From Catajapyx aquilonaris (Eukaryota), in NCBI GenBank assembly GCA_000934665.2, contig KZ538346.1, forward strand, positions 1-64,000: a stretch of 64,000 nt of DNA, written 5' to 3'. Positions within the stretch are counted from its first letter, which is position 1. Each line of letters opens with the position of its first letter. The translations under genes were made by a program, and so were the position numbers. Below the pieces are notes generated by a model that worked only from the letters and a program-made list of their open reading frames with translations, was not told the origin of the DNA and ran no database searches. This document shows positions 25,901 through 37,540 of the stretch, in pieces.

Positions 25901-28900
25901 GTGAAACGTGAGCAGAAGGCGAAACTTAAGAATGGTCCGCGGCTGCGTCTGCAAGGCCTTGATGCTTGGAAATGGCAGAGGCGGAAGGCATGGGATCGCT
26001 TCAAGGAGAGGATGAGAGAGTTCCTGCGAAAGTTTGAGCTGTGGCACTACAGTTTGAAGCAGATTGAGGGGGCCAATGGGACTGGGGTGGTGTCCTATTT
26101 CCTCTTCATCAAGTGGCTCATGTACCTCAACCTAGCCACTTTTGCACTTATGCTGCTTTTCCTAGTGCTGCCAGATGTGTTTGCACAGCAGTCTATGAAC
26201 GACTGGGACCATTGCAGTGGAGGCAATGACACCATGGATAATGACACATGCTGTGTGCATCAGTATGAGGAAGTGGTCAATGCAACAATACTCTCACAGG
26301 TAGGTTGAGTTCTGTAGTCATTGGACTGTCCATGTAGTGATGTTTACGTATCGTAACTTTAGGAGATGAGGGCAAGCATTGTTATGAACTCAGAAATTCT
26401 GACATCGTATGTGTATGTTTCAAGCTCCTAGTCAGATTTGCGATTACTTCATATGTATGAAAGACCTGCAATTTAATTTCACTAAACACGTGGGTACAAG
26501 GCAAAAGAGAGGTTAGTAGAAGTTTTAGGTTGCATTTGGCACTGTTTTCAAGTTTAAATGGTAAAATGCCATTTACCAAGGCACAAGTGCTGTCTTGCCA
26601 TGGAAGGAAGTGCAGTGAAAAGAGGGATCACATGTGATGATGTAATCTTCTCTTGAGTACAGTGTGTCCCACGAATTAATGTCCTTTTTGTTATGTTAAA
26701 TTTCACCTAGAGCGGTTCCTTTTGTGTAGCTTTTTGCTCCCTGATCCAGATGCCCAATTATACAGGGCGAAGGGAAACTTGCGGACAATCGCCAAGTAGA
26801 CTGATAGAGTGATAGTACTCGCAAAACTAATATAGGGATGTGAAATTAGTTTTTGGCTCAGTTACGAAGTTAATGCGTACAGCACCCTTAAAGTGTAGAT
26901 GGCCAGATGGTAAAATATGAGGTAAAAACGACAAGGTGCACGGGTGTCGCACACGGATTCTTACTCGAATGTGCAGCCCCGTCACTTCTATGATATGGTA
27001 GTTCAGTATAAAAGTCTCCGCCAGACGGGGAATTTGTCGCTGGCGCTCCCCCACAGGAATCTACCACTGCCAGCCACCCCAATCCTGTCTGCAAACGCCC
27101 TCCGAGGAATGGACGGTTTGGTTTGGTTCCGAAGGTGGCCAACCCAAACCGACCCCCCCAGTGGATTGCTATGGGGGTGCACCACCGCCAAATTCCCCAC
27201 ATGGAGGAGCCTTTTATATTAAACTACCGTCAACACAGGGCTAGGCTGGAAGAGACAGGGGGCTGCTGATGGGATTTGATCACCTATTGCACATGGACGA
27301 TGTGTTAGGGGACCAAGGCCGGATTATTTGGAGGTCCTCGAGCTGAGTTTCGCTTTTTGAAACAGGTGGAGCGGATGTGATGTCACGAAACTCTGATGGC
27401 GCCATACGCATTAACTATGTATTGGCGCGCAAAACTAATTGCCCATCCCTGTATTAGTTTGGCGAGTACTATCAGTCTACGTGGTGATTACAGTGCACGA
27501 CAAGTTACGCAAAAAGAACAACTTCAGGTGCAATTTGCCATAACTAACAGGACTCGAATTGATTGAGTGACGGTTTATTGGCGCAACAGCAGCACTGGCT
27601 ATACTGCGAGGACCAGAATTCTTGGAACACATTGTATATTGAATATACCTTCCTTGAGATGGGCAATTTCATAATGGAAACAGTTTTCTTTGCTGAAAAC
27701 TTCAAAATGGCGGCAACATTATTTTATGAATAAGAACATAATTGAGTGTTTAGTCCCTCGATTATCTCCTGGTTTTGATGACAATTTGTAGCATCCCTTT
27801 GGTCCATCCCACGTCAATGAGATCCCAAATTTGACAGACTGTGTATTGCCGACATTTCAAGCATTACTTTGTTGTCCACACAGGAAATTATGCACATGCG
27901 CATGTTTGGCTAGAGGGTGCAGGCATCGCATCACATGATCAAAAGGGAAGCAACCCGCCTTACGTGCCTTCCAAGCGCAGTCCATGCATGCGAGAATGCC
28001 ATGATAATGTCCACCCGCATACAGCAAATCCCATCAAATATTTCATGCAGAAATTGAAGTGACAAGTCCTCAGCCACCCTCTCATTACCGTACCAACCTG
28101 TCACCTTGTGACTTTCACGGTTTTATTGAACCAAATAAAGCTTTTGCCAATGCCGATTCCGGACAGACAAAGTGAAGGAGGGGATTCGGATGTACACAGT
28201 AACAGCCAAAATACTTCTATGAGGTGGCCATTGTATGCCTAGTGTATCATTGGGATAAATTGCTCAATATTCACGGCAATACTTTTGAAAGAAAGGTTAA
28301 ATGTTACATTGATAAAGCCTTAAGATCGTTTTTTATTGACTGGACGGTGCTTTCGGTGGGTTGCTTTGCTTTTGATCACTTGATGCAACGCCTGCTCCAT
28401 CTAGTCGCACATGTGCATGCCCATAATGTTCTTTAAGGTTTGAAGGTTATCCCTGCCAATCAGCATTAATCCATGTCCCACAGGTTTTCCACAATAAGTA
28501 CAGCTCGTTTTATATTGACCCCACCTAATACACGAGGGGCGTTGGAAAGTCTTTACACTTTTTTTTTCCCCCCACAAATACATGGCCATGCAAGTCGGCA
28601 GATAAGGCACATATTATCAATAGAACCCTCCTGGAGCTGAATACACTGGCGCCACAGATGTGGCAACCTCTCCATGCCCTCGAAACCTCTTTTTGGAGGT
28701 GCAGCGCACCCAGTCCTGGACAACTGCTTCCTGTTCAACAATGTCCTCGAAATGGCATCGACGAAGGGGTTTTTTCATGGATCCGAACAGATCCATGAGA
28801 AAAAAAAAAAAAAAATCCTTCACAGACGCCATTTTGAAGACATTGTTGACAGTTGTTGACTGTGGGCAATTGTCCAGGATTGGGTGTGCCGCACCTCCAA

Positions 28901-31380
28901 AAGGTGGTTCCAGGAGGGCCTGGAGAAGTTGCCACACCCGTGATGCCAGTGCATTTGGCTCCAGGAGGGTTCTATCAATAATGTGTGCCTATCTGCATGG
29001 GCCCTGCATTTGTGGCAAAAAAATTAAGTGTAAAGACTTTCTGAACGCCCCTCGTATTATGCTCATTGCTTGATTTGAAAATAAATTTTTGGGGGAATTC
29101 AGCTCAGGGGGAGCAGGGCTAACAACTCAGGTGTCTTGTGACTCAATTAGGGCTATTGTGAATTGTTAAACATGCCTATAAACTGGAGTTCTCAAATTTC
29201 CTCCTACTACCAGAATTTGTTTCCATGTGACCATAGAAGGTTGTAAGTTTCTGGTCAAGGTGTCATTACAAGGAATGAACTGAGGAATTCTTGTCATCTA
29301 GGATTGTATTCTCAAAGCTTGGTTAGTGGATGAGCACATGTCTGACGGCCCAAGTAACAACCCTGTATTTCGGCTTTTTGTGTTTTCGAGATATTCGCAT
29401 TTGAAGTTTTTTTGTTTCCATTATCGTATATGGAAATGCATAATTTCAATTGACCATAACTTTGCAAGGGTTGCTCCTACAGTTACGGGCTTTGTACCAA
29501 AAGGTGTGGCTTGCAAAGAGGAGTGCAATGGTGCATTTATCTCCAATTACGTGATTTTCGAAGATAGAGGGTTTTAACTTGTGCCATCAGATGTGTGCAT
29601 GGTGTGCCACAAAATTTCAAGTTCTTTCTTTGAGTGTAAGAGGCCAATGATGCACAGTTTGATATTTCCTGGGGCCATTGGGCTATGGGCCATCTGCTCT
29701 CCCAAGGTAGGTTGTGTACAAAACAGTTGAATCACTGATCTAGACCATAATATTATGTTAACCTTGCATGAAACCTCTGTGCACTGTGTTGAATGGACAT
29801 CATCTATTTCTAACCTGCAGGGTGACTGGATTGTTGACTGGCTGCAAGACTTGGTCCAAGGCACTGGTTGGATGGAGCGCACCCTCATGTTTTATGGCCA
29901 CTACATCCATCGCACTATTGTTCTTCCTGATCCATCACTGCCTCCATACAACCTGGCCCTTGCTTACATCCTGACCATTGCTGCTTCCTTTGCACTCAGC
30001 CTGGTGGCTATGGTACGATCCACTGCTCGAGGTTTTAAAGAAAGCATGCTGGAGCGTGAGGGACATTTTTATCAGTATTGCAATCTGGTATTTGGTGGGT
30101 GGGATTTTTGCATAAGTGGAGGCAAAGCAGCACAATTCAAGCACCGTGCTATATACAACGAAATCAAAGCCAACTTGGAAGCTGAAAGGATGGAGGAGGA
30201 GCGGCGTAGTCGGACACGTCTGGAGCGTACCAAGTTGGCTATCATACGTGTGGCAGCTAATGTTGCAGTATTAGCCATACTGCTGGCAGCTGCAGTGGCC
30301 ATCTTTTACACAGCAGACTTCTCCCGTCATGCCCTATCTGGCAAAAAGCCAGAGCAAGTGTGGGTGTTCCTGCTGGAATTTTTGCCACCGCTTACCATCA
30401 CAGTGCTGAACTTGCTAATACCAACCCTGTTCCAGAATGTCGTGCGTTTTGAGAAGTACACACCATCTTTTGCACTGAGGGTAACCTTGGTACGCACAGT
30501 TTTCTTGCGTCTGGCCAACTTGGCGGTTCTTGTTGCCTCACTCTATGACAAGCTGGGATTGTCACCTGGAAACCACTGCTATAATGTTACTAGCGATCTC
30601 TGGTGCTGGGAGACATATGTTGGGCAGCAGATGTACAAGCTGGCCGTGCTTGATTTCTTTGTAGTAGCACTCATGACATTTGTGGTAGACTTTGCGCGCA
30701 TGCTGGTTGGGCGTAAAACCTCAAGCCGCCTTGCAAAGTGTCTCTCGCGACAGCAGTTTGACCTGCCAAAGCATACACTAGATGTGGTCTACGCACAAAC
30801 ATTGTGCTGGTTTGGAATCTTCTACTCACCCATGCTGCCATTACTGACCGCTGCCAAGTATTTCCTGTTCTTCTATGTGAAGAAGTTTGCATGCTTGATC
30901 AACAGTGCACCTGCATCAAAAGTATATCGCGCTTCACGTTCCAGCTCCATGTACATGGTCGTTCTGCTATTGTCATTTGTGGCAGCAGTGCTTCCAGTTG
31001 GATATTCGGCAGCCACATTATACCCTTCCAAATCATGTGGACCATTCCGAGGCTTGACCAGCACCTGGGGCAAAGTTGTGGAAGCTGTCGCAGAATGGCC
31101 ATCATGGATCAATGCAGTCGTGTTCTTCTTTGGCACAGCGGGATTTGCAGTCCCTCTCCTAATGGTGTTGGCAGTTGGGTTGTACTATTACCATGCAGTG
31201 GCATCAGCAAATCAGCACATGGTAGCAGTGCTGAAGAGCCAGCTGGTGTTGGAGGGACATGACAAGCAGTTCCTGCTAAACAGGCTCAACTTGGTTATCC
31301 GCAAGCACCAAGAGCAATGCCAGCAGCAACAGAGGGGGGGTGATTTTGCTGCCTCCACATCCAACAACTTTGATAATTGA
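19948..31380 (+). CDS. Transmembrane channel-like protein (TMC7-like), ~777 aa; exons 19948-20122, 20189-20317, 25830-26299, 29821-31380
   Basis: Splice sites keep frame (phases 1,1,0). WEEAGAEFYQESYP N-terminus, LKQIEGANGTGVVSYFLFIKWL, FGGWDF, TMC signature CWETYVGQQMYKL, PSKSCGPF and multiple hydrophobic helices. Acceptor AG at 19939-19940 implies an upstream 5'UTR exon. Confidence 0.9.
20884..21329 (+). mobile_element. Tc1/mariner-type MITE with ~115-bp TIRs
   Basis: TA-CAGGGTGAAGGGAAACTC...; inverted copy with an extra insert at 26761-27490; fragment at ~51640-51702. Confidence 0.8.
21422..21670 (+). mobile_element. tRNA-derived SINE with V-domain-like core
   Basis: A/B boxes followed by GAGTTTCGATGGTTTCTCTCCGTGTTCGCGTGGATTTTCTTGGGGTTCTCCTGTTTCCTCCC. 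Confidence 0.65.
22460..22808 (-). mobile_element. tRNA-derived SINE (family B) with poly-A tail
   Basis: Reverse strand AGTGGCGCTGCGGTAAC...GGTTCGATCCC; matches 48047 copy; T-run at 22462-22483. Confidence 0.75.
26761..27490 (-). mobile_element. Second copy of the 20884 MITE, inverted, with internal insertion
   Basis: Same TIRs; internal sequence reverse-complementary to 20884-21329. Confidence 0.75.
27840..28290 (+). pseudogene. Degraded mariner transposase fragment
   Basis: HDNVHPHTA and LSPCDF-like remnants of the HDNA/YSPDLAPSD region, with stops and frameshifts. Confidence 0.55.
28531..29056. mobile_element. Foldback mariner derivative made of two inverted 3' ends, in TMC intron 3
   Basis: CGAGGGGCGTT termini; ~225-bp arms; GMERLPHLWRQCIQLQEG resembles the mariner C-terminus. 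Confidence 0.8.
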
Positions 31381-33812
31381 ATGTGCATTTAAAAACAATT
31401 GTTTAATATTTAAGGAACCTGTCATGTAATCATTTTCGTGTAGGGTGGGACAAGTTTGGAGCATCAATATTGAGTTCTTATTTACTTCATGAATGTAAGT
31501 GCTTAAGTGATATACCTTAAAATGTGAAGCAGATAAGCAATGACCATTGGTGCTCAGAACGTGCCTCACCTGCTGTAATGTCTTAAGACTTTCAGTTGAT
31601 GTGCAGAACATTGCACTTGTGTGATTGTGCAAGATGTTATGCTTCCTGTTATGAAAGGGGCTTCAAAGATTCCTTATAGTAATTTGTCATAATTTATAAA
31701 TGGTATAAGGAGAAATGCCTTCAAATATTGACATTTTATTTGTTTCTTGTTGGATACTGCAAGTGATTCCATATCAAATAGAGCAAGCAATACTTTTACT
31801 TCATATTAGCAGCTGAGCTCTTGATGCATGTACAATGTTTTAGAAACACAATTATCTTTTTATTGTAAATGATTGTAATTAGTTTTTAAATTTCATGATT
31901 ATAACCTGCTTTCAAAAGTCTTGACATTTTAAGGGCTGGTTTTGAAATGCAGAAGTGAAACTTTCCATAATACTATCAGATGTTTTGGGACAGATGATCA
32001 ATTAAGGGTGACAGATGCGTTGTGATCCACTCCTCCATAAGGGGTATCAGGAAAGTAACAGTCATTTCAGGAATGAACCAGTTGTACAATAGATTTTTGA
32101 CAGCACCTTAGTAATGGTTTCATTCATCAATTCAAATTCCTTATCATAGCCTTTTTTGATTTTGCTCCATAAAACCCCCAATCCCTTGCTTCATTCCACA
32201 AGAAAGCAAATGAAAGTCATAATGAGGGCACCGATAGATCTCATTTGTTACTATTGGTACCTACTTGTGACCAATTAATACTGTACGTTTGCATTAACAA
32301 AATGCATTTAAGTGCATTTACCACTTCCATCTCATGTTGCATGAAATGATACCAATCATAAGTGTATCAATGGTACTAAACCTGACTGAAGCCAATATAT
32401 CTGTGAAAATGCAAGTAAATGCAGTTACTGATTTGCACATACATCTGCAATTTGAATGTTTTAAACAAGTAAACCATTTACAGGGTAAGGATAAATATGT
32501 AACTTCTGCTCTCTATGGCTATCTTGATGGTCATAGTCAACACTTCTTAGAAAGTCTGCACTGATAAAAGGTTCATAGGGTAGTTATTGTGAACCTCCCT
32601 TTTTGTTCATTATCTTTGTAGTCTCCTTTTCCTACCTGCTTGTGTCTACTGCATTGTCATTTTCTTTGGTGCTGTGAACAAAGGTATAAGTGATATGTTA
32701 TGCAAATTGCTCATTTAAAAATATACATTGGACCAAAACATGAGTTAGAAAAGGAGGCTCAAACATTGACAAACACGGGTACTTGTTTTTTGAGATTAAC
32801 CTGGGGGCGGGTGGGGATAAAAATTATTGAACCACAGAATAAGAAACAAGGAACTCCACTTTAGTAGAAAGTGCACGTGGGCAGTAGTGATACACTGAGC
32901 TTCACTTAACGTCAAACAGTTTTTCAGAAAGATGAGATGGAGAAAAATCTTTATGAACTCATAATATGTCCAAGTTCCCAAGAATGTGTGACAAGTCATA
33001 TTTAATTGTATGCTAGGACAAGAATTCATTTATCATGCCAAATTTTTCTCCTGTAGTTTTGGGTCTTTCTAATGAGCTGTTTTCAGGTATTGATGCTCAA
33101 GGATATTCCTTTCAATGTCCGCAAGTAATTTCAACTTGGGGGAATATTCCACTTATGCAGTGGTCCTTTTCAGGATCCATGTTTACTGCAGCACTCAATT
33201 CTACCATTTGGAAGAACAGCCCAGAGTGCAAGAACTGGTAGCACACATTTTCTATTAAAGTAGAGTTGTTTCTGATTTGTTTTGCAAGAGATAGGGTATT
33301 GTTGGAAGGAAAGTCATTTCTTGTACATAAGTCAATAAGCAATTAGCTAATATTAATTTATTAACGCAGAGAGTCTGTAAAAATGGGTCTGTGCAGACAG
33401 TGATGTTAAACCAAAGATGATGGTATTCCATGTAGAACACGTCAATACTATGCCTTAATGTACTTAAGATGCTTTAGAGCATTAAAGAATAAAACCTGTA
33501 ACTGTGCCAAATTAATTGGCGCACAGAGACATGTTAACTGCATTGAACTTATTGGCCAATGAGCTTGTTTCTTGCATGATGTTCAACTATGTTTTATTGA
33601 TCTAGTTCAAATAGTCCAGTCAATACAAATTAGCTGTATAAATAAATCGGTGCCACTTAGCTCTCCCAATGTGTACATGTTGTCCAGTTTAGTGGGTTGT
33701 AATGTATACATATAAATATATATTAATGAAAATGACGTTGGATTTCATACGGCATTCGGTAATAAAGACGTTGCAAGTGTCACGATTGAAGGGCAAAGAT
33801 GCTGAGTATGAT

Positions 33813-36800
33813 TTACTGCATTTCCTCTGTGGAATGGATCTGTAATAAGGACACAAGTGCTAGTATTTTGAGAACAGAAGCAACAATAATGCTAACTCAC
33901 TTGTTCTGCAATGGAGATCCAGTCTAAGAGCTTGACCATAGCATCATTATTTGATGGCTGCTTATCCCAATTCCAGTATGTCATCTCCCCGAAGGTGTGA
34001 ACTTGATGGGCATCACGATCTTCACCGACATTTTTGGACTGAGATTCTTGCATCACAAGCAGGCAGTAGTTGTCTGGTAGGTTAAGGTTTTGGCCTTGCA
34101 GTGGATAGCCTCGAAAAACTGCCATCAACGCTAAGAATCAATGATTGTATGTTAGTTTCACTTGATCAGGAACTAAACACAAATATATTTAAGTTTAACA
34201 GGTTATTGCAGGAGGCAGAGTAGCTGCGGTTTGTAAGGGTCCCGGGTTCAATACCAAGCCCTCATATTACTCAAGTGAATCATAAAAACTCAGCCAAATT
34301 TCTCCGAGTGATAGTCTATACTCTAAACTCTAAAGCCCTAATTTACAAATTCAATCAAGAAATATAAGAAGCATGGCAAGCCAGAGCCTGAGACATGCTG
34401 CCATCTGTTGTTACAAAAAATAACAATTGTTTTGAAAGCATTTGGACAAACCCTAGCATAGCCCATGGTTTTAGAGGGCAAGCCAGTGTGTATGGACATA
34501 TGCCCTCTGTTGTTACAAAAAATAACCATGCCTACATTTCATCCAGAAGCATCTAAAAATAGAACAGTCACAACGCCAATAATAATTTGACATCGCACAT
34601 TGGTGCCCCGACCCCATTTTTGTGGACAAAAGTCTGAAACTCATTCGATCATCGTGAAACACTGTATATTTACGTTGTTGGAGGTGTACATGCCATTTTT
34701 AGTGGGTTGAGCCCAATACAGACGATTTTGACAATTTTCATAGTAGTGTTTTGATAGACACGCCTTCATAGGACAGATCGAAATTTCATATTTGTTCCTC
34801 TGGAGAGTCCTTTAGGTATTACATAGCTTGAAATTGCCTCTGTGGATGTAAACTCACTTGCCAGTGGCGTTTCTGTGGATCTGAAAGTGTTGTTATTTTA
34901 AAATCGGTGTATTTCATGCACTGTAGCTGTAAGCCAGGCAGGCCGTGGAAGGGCATGGTGGGCTCTACTAATTCCCAGCCTAAAATCTGTATCTGCAGCT
35001 AGGCGCTCCTGATCTCTTCATGCCTCTGTAGAGGAGAGTCTAACACACAAGATAGGCTGTCTCACCATGGTAGATTCAAGTGGATGTGTTGTAGCTCTAA
35101 TTTTTTCCCTCGAATAAATATTTTCGACACAAACTATCACTTACGTCCCAGTAAGTGACTAACATAGATCAGTCTATCACTAACCATCAAATCACAAAGT
35201 AAATGGACCTAGGCACATTATGATATCTAAATAACTCGAGAACAAGCATGTTTACAAGGGCCAGAGACACCCAAAAATTGCTGAGAAAAACTGGAAGAGT
35301 TATGATTTGAATTTCCCTCTATTTTGGTGAGCAGTACTATATCGCAAAACATGGGAGACGATTTTGCATTTGATTCAAATGCAGCCTGCACTTGAATTAA
35401 ATGCAAAATCGTCTCCATGTTTTTGAGCGATATAGTACCTTTGCAGTTTCCGGTTCTGAAATTTAACATGTACCGGTTTCAGATGCTCTGGATTATTCCC
35501 TTTCTGATTAGAAAGATCTGTATATAATATAATTAATTACGTACTATCGACTTCGTCCATAAAAATGGGGTCGGGGCACCACTGTGCGCCGGTCTCTGAG
35601 GTTAAGGAGAATCATCATGACCACTTGACATTTCCCTTCCAAAGGGTTACCAAATATGACGTGACTGGGCCACTTTAACATTTTGATCAGCAATGCATGG
35701 TGTTCCAATTGAGAGTCTGTTTTAGTTAGCGATTTTTTGTCACAGCAAGGGGCGATCACAACGTGGATCATGTACATTTTCTTCAAACTTGGTACTTCAA
35801 AGGCCACTGTCAAAAAATTTAAAATTTTTGAGATAATGCCTGGAATGGATCTGAATGAGTCCTTAGAATCAAAAAAGTGACACCTGTTGCGATAAAAATG
35901 CCTTAACCCAGGTTTAGAAGTGGAGAAAAGCGTTGCAGTGCCACTCTCCTATTCCAACCTGGTCTTCCTAGCTACTGTTACTTGTGATATCAGTCACCTG
36001 GTCAAAATCAAAACATGGAAACCATTGACCTGAGATATTCCGGGATCGTACCATAAAATAGGCCACAGCCGCTTCCTTCCTTTCCCTGCCTGGAGGTGCG
36101 GGTCAGTGGGGGTTTCTGACTCGCATCTACGCGATCATCTTGGTGAACGAGCCCCCTGAGGGACTGCACACGACCCCCAACTTGATGACATTGCACATGC
36201 ACCAGTGTCCCCCCCTCCTATCCCTACCCTGTCCCTGCACGATAGTGGTAATCCACTCCCCCTAAGAGAGCCCATGGCTCTAGCACGGGGTATATCTTAA
36301 AAATAGCTGTTTACATCGCCCATCGAACACATCAGTCTGAAGCTAGCTGTCCTTGAGGGTGGACGCAAGTCTGGTGGCTCCTGACTATTTACATCCTGGG
36401 CTCAACACCATCGCCTGGAGACGATCGTCAACTAGCACCTTTGGGTGAGATGCCGTCTTCCATGGTGATAGCTGTTTACATCGCCCATCGAACACATCAG
36501 TCTGAAGCTATAGCTGTCCTTGAGGGTGGACGCAAGTCTGGTGGCTCCTGACTATTTACATCACGGGGTTGTTTTTGCATAGTTTTAATGTGAATTTTTG
36601 TATGTTTGTATGTGTACATTGTGCGAGTGTTTATGTGTCTGTAGATGTATATTCATATCATCCTTTTCATCATCATCCTTTTCATTATATACTTTGCGTG
36701 GCCTGACCAGTCACCAAAGGATTCATTAAATTGGTCGTTCGAGATGGTCAGGTGGGTTGTACCTGGTCATCGCTGGTAACCCCATCTTGGGAATATGCCG

Positions 36801-37250
36801 CGAGTGTAATGAATGAATGAATGAATGAAATGAAAATGGTCCACATTTCCTCCTATGAGCCTGGAGTGTCACGTGGGTGTTATACACAGGAAACCATGTG
36901 TCACAGTTTCTCTCTGCATGGGTCATCCACAGTTAATAACCAAGAAGACTGGCACAAGTAATCTGTTCTTGACAGTGACTGACACTCTGTAGATGGCCCA
37001 TACCCCCAGGAGGAGGCAACGAAGCTCGAAACGAAGAGTACCTATTACCAAAGTGCCTGCTATTACCTTGTTGCGGATCCGTCTTAACCTCCTCAACGAA
37101 AGGATGGAAGTATTTGTCCACCTCTGCCGGTCCATCGTGGTTTATCTGGCATGGCATAAGGCACGCATCCTTCGTCAATCGGGGCACGTCGGCTCTATCG
37201 GTTGCGCCGGACGGTGCATCAGTACAAATCCCTCTCAAAACTAACGCCAT
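33813..37250 (-). CDS. RNASEH2C: Ribonuclease H2 subunit C, ~146 aa; exons 37250-37067, 34130-33901, 33839-33813
   Basis: LMPCQINHDGPAEVDKYF, FRGYPLQG, TYWNWDKQPS, LDWISIAEQIHS motifs; GT-AG junctions in frame. Confidence 0.9.
36303..36562. repeat. ~90-bp direct repeat (36303-36395 and 36468-36562), upstream of a (TGAA)n-tailed retroelement end
   Basis: ATAGCTGTTTACATCGCCCATCGAACAC...CTATTTACATC occurs twice. Confidence 0.8.
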
Positions 37251-37540
37251 TTTAGACTTTATGGACCTATCCGTGGACCTATCTCTCCGAGAGGCAGGCG
37301 GGCATAGGCTCAAACTGCCTCAAAGATTCCTGTTCCTTGGGCCGGCTGGCCGGTAGCGGGCAGCACTTGTCAGAAAAACATCGCCAGGCAAGAATGTTTT
37401 GAATAAATTTCTAGTGATTAAGATGTCATTTTTAAACTAAAGGTAGTAAGAAAACCTAGTCATACTTATTTACTAAACAGCTACTAATTTTAGACGGGTG
37501 GCATGGGTGGCATGTTAGCAACCTGGTAACAAATCTAACA
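37251..37540. promoter_or_regulatory. Probable bidirectional promoter between RNASEH2C (-) and COA4/PTRH2 (+)
   Basis: Divergent start codons only 290 bp apart; CGCCATTTT (YY1/Pho-like) overlaps the RNASEH2C ATG. Confidence 0.65.
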
